Below, piece by piece: positions 61,707 through 64,000 of a stretch of 64,000 bases of DNA. The number at the start of each line of letters is the position of its first letter. Position 1 is the first letter of the stretch. The notes beneath the pieces were generated by a model. The model worked only from the letters and a program-made list of their open reading frames with translations. It was not told the origin of the DNA and did not search any database. The stretch comes from Octopus vulgaris (lineage: Eukaryota): the NCBI GenBank assembly GCA_951406725.2, contig OX597819.1, forward strand, positions 84,754,001-84,818,000. The letters are read 5' to 3'. The position numbers and the translations under genes were made by a program.

Positions 61707-62903
61707 GGTAACAAAAAAAGTTGTTCTTGGTATATTTTCATTAAGAACATTTTTCATCATCATTTCATGTACAGCAGGTTTAATATTTAATTGAACTGGG
61801 TAGGTTTTAATGGGTAGGCCTTCAGATATTCACAGTTGTAAAGACTTGTTAGCTGAAACTTCTGATTGTTCTTTTCTCTGAATGGTTGTGAATATTGTAA
61901 ATGTAGTCGACTGTCTTAATGGGAGAAATTTATTTGCAAGTATAAAATTTTATAACATGCTCTGAAGAGAATTGTTGATATCATTTTTGCCAATAAATTA
62001 GAAGTTTGTAATATTGAGAGGAAGAACGTTTATGGTTATGAGTGAATTAAAAGTGTATTTTCAATTTCAGGATACAGTATTTTCAGTTGAGAGACTTATT
62101 TTAGGAAGCAGTTTGAAAACTTTGCTGAACTTGTCAAGAATATTATGTTGACTGAAGGACTTCAAAGAAGAATGTTTTTATTTTTTTATTGTGTGGTCAT
62201 TTTCAAAATTAGAGAATGTGAGCTTTAACAAGAGAGAAATGGGGTATTTAAGTTAAGCTTAATAGAAATATCTATTGAAAGCAGTCTCAGTGATAATATT
62301 CAACTTGTTAGCATTCTAGATTAGATATCTGTTCGATAAAAAAAAGTATATAGCATTATATAAGAAACAAAAAAAAAAAAGAAAGATACCCCCAAAAGCC
62401 TCGCAATGAAATTATCTGCTAGATTGATTTTCTCAGCTTGAAAACTGAAATTTTAAGAATAAGACAAGGTAGATCTAATTGTAAATGACAAGTTATCATC
62501 AGAATGATTGATCATTACCATTGCTTTGATATTTGTTTTCATATTTTCTCTCTGTTGGTGTGGATTAACTGGATCTGCTTTGTTACATCAAATCTCTAAA
62601 AAATGTTCATATATTGATTTGGTAGCATTTTATGTATTGTAGCAACAACAAATAAAAATATAACACTCAGTGTGAAGGGATGTATGAATGACAAAAAAAA
62701 AAAAAAATTTTAATCTCAAATGTTTAGCGTCTATTTAAAAAATATTTTAGAAACTTATAATGAATGATCTCGTTTGGAATTGACTAGATATTAACTGTGA
62801 CTCTTCTCATTTAAACTGAGAATTATTGCATTTTGATTGCATTATTATTGCTCTTTTTTTTTTTAACATTTATATGATATTGTGTTTATTATATTTATTA
62901 CAG

Positions 62904-63139
62904 ATCGTTCAAGTATTTTCAACAGTCGAAATAAGTATAAACAAAAATCTGTAGTTAACACAAAAAAGTTAAACAAGTTTTCTGGTGGAGCTATAACGAA
63001 TGGATTTGGTCGTGCAGTAGCTAATTCATCTAAGCAAAACCACTTAAGCACTAACATTAAGTGCAATGATACTAGTTCAAGTAAATCAAATGCGCATATA
63101 GCACTGTTGGTTGGTAATTTTCCAATTGGAACTACAAAG
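62904..63139 (+). CDS. RRM protein exon F (linker plus probable RNP2 of a second RRM)
   Basis: ttacag|AT...AAG|gtacgt; 236 nt, phase 1 to 0; ends ...ALLVGNFPIGTTK. The gene continues beyond the window. Confidence 0.72.
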
Positions 63140-63376
63140 GTACGTTACAGCTCAATAATGGTATTGCTTTCATTGTCCTCAGCTTTATTATCATTTTGTT
63201 AATGGATTAAATAAGGTTTAACTGTTCATAAACCCCGAACTTTTAGTATTTGTTTTAGTCTTAGAAAACTTCATATTTTCCATTGGCTGCTATCATTCAC
63301 AAGTACTTGTCATTGTTTGCTTCACTGCTATTCATTTTCATTGTGGGTTTCGACTATTAAAGTCTTTAATCATTAA

Positions 63377-63597
63377 CCCTTTAGCATTCATATTACCCTG
63401 TCAGATGAAATGCTTATTTATTCTCATTTAAAAAAAAAAAATCCTGTTTTATCTTGTAGCTTTGCGATTTCAAAGATGGGATTGTTTATTTTTAGAATGA
63501 CATTGCAGTGGAGATGTGAAAGTCTGGATCTGGCCGGTTTGGACTTAAAATAGGTAGAATATTTAGGCCAGATACAGTCAGTTTAAATGCTAAAGCA
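63377..63597. mobile_element. TTAA-flanked MITE, same family (reverse orientation)
   Basis: TTAA|CCCTTTAGCATT...AATGCTAAAGCA|TTAA. Confidence 0.75.
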
Positions 63598-64000
63598 TTA
63601 ATGTAGTTTGCTGAGGTTTTAATCTAGTTTACCACTTCAGTGTATTGTAACAAAATTCTTACTTACTGGATAGTCAATCATAAATTAACAGTACAAGGAT
63701 TGTACACTGACATTTATCTTGTAAATAATATAGTTTTTCTTTTTTAGTACTGCAAATACCTTACAAACAAGCATTCTGGGCTATGTTATAACTTGTTTTG
63801 AGTAAATAAAATTTTAAAGTGGATATTTCCCTTTCATTATGCCTTTCATCTTTCCAACCAGTAATTCATTTTTGCATTCATCTGTCTCTGTGTATGCATT
63901 TATCGATTCATCATTTTGTATAATTATACCATTTTATTTTTCATTAATGCTACAATGCTCTGGAAGCTGACAGAAAGTTAACTGAAAATAAGATGTCCCA

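Overview
AT-rich, repeat-dense eukaryotic DNA. The SINE/LINE repertoire, (TA)n/(CAT)n microsatellites and GT-AG introns point to an octopus-type cephalopod genome (inference). Two spliced RNA-binding-protein genes are arranged head-to-head. An hnRNP C/RALY-like gene lies on the minus strand (coding exons 11572-11815 and 6485-6617; 3' part not resolved). A multi-exon RRM gene lies on the plus strand (six phase-compatible exons, 54528-63139, running off the window; RRM1 resembles TDRD10). Most of the rest is decayed mobile DNA: RTE, CR1, CRE-like and Penelope retroelements, tRNA-derived SINEs, Helitrons, and hAT, piggyBac-like and Tc1/mariner elements. The most striking signal is a set of Penelope-type type-I hammerhead ribozyme cores with unusually long stem II insertions. 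These include a 570-bp palindrome with one hammerhead on each strand inside an intron of the RRM gene. Almost all ORFs in the supplied track are microsatellite or repeat artefacts.
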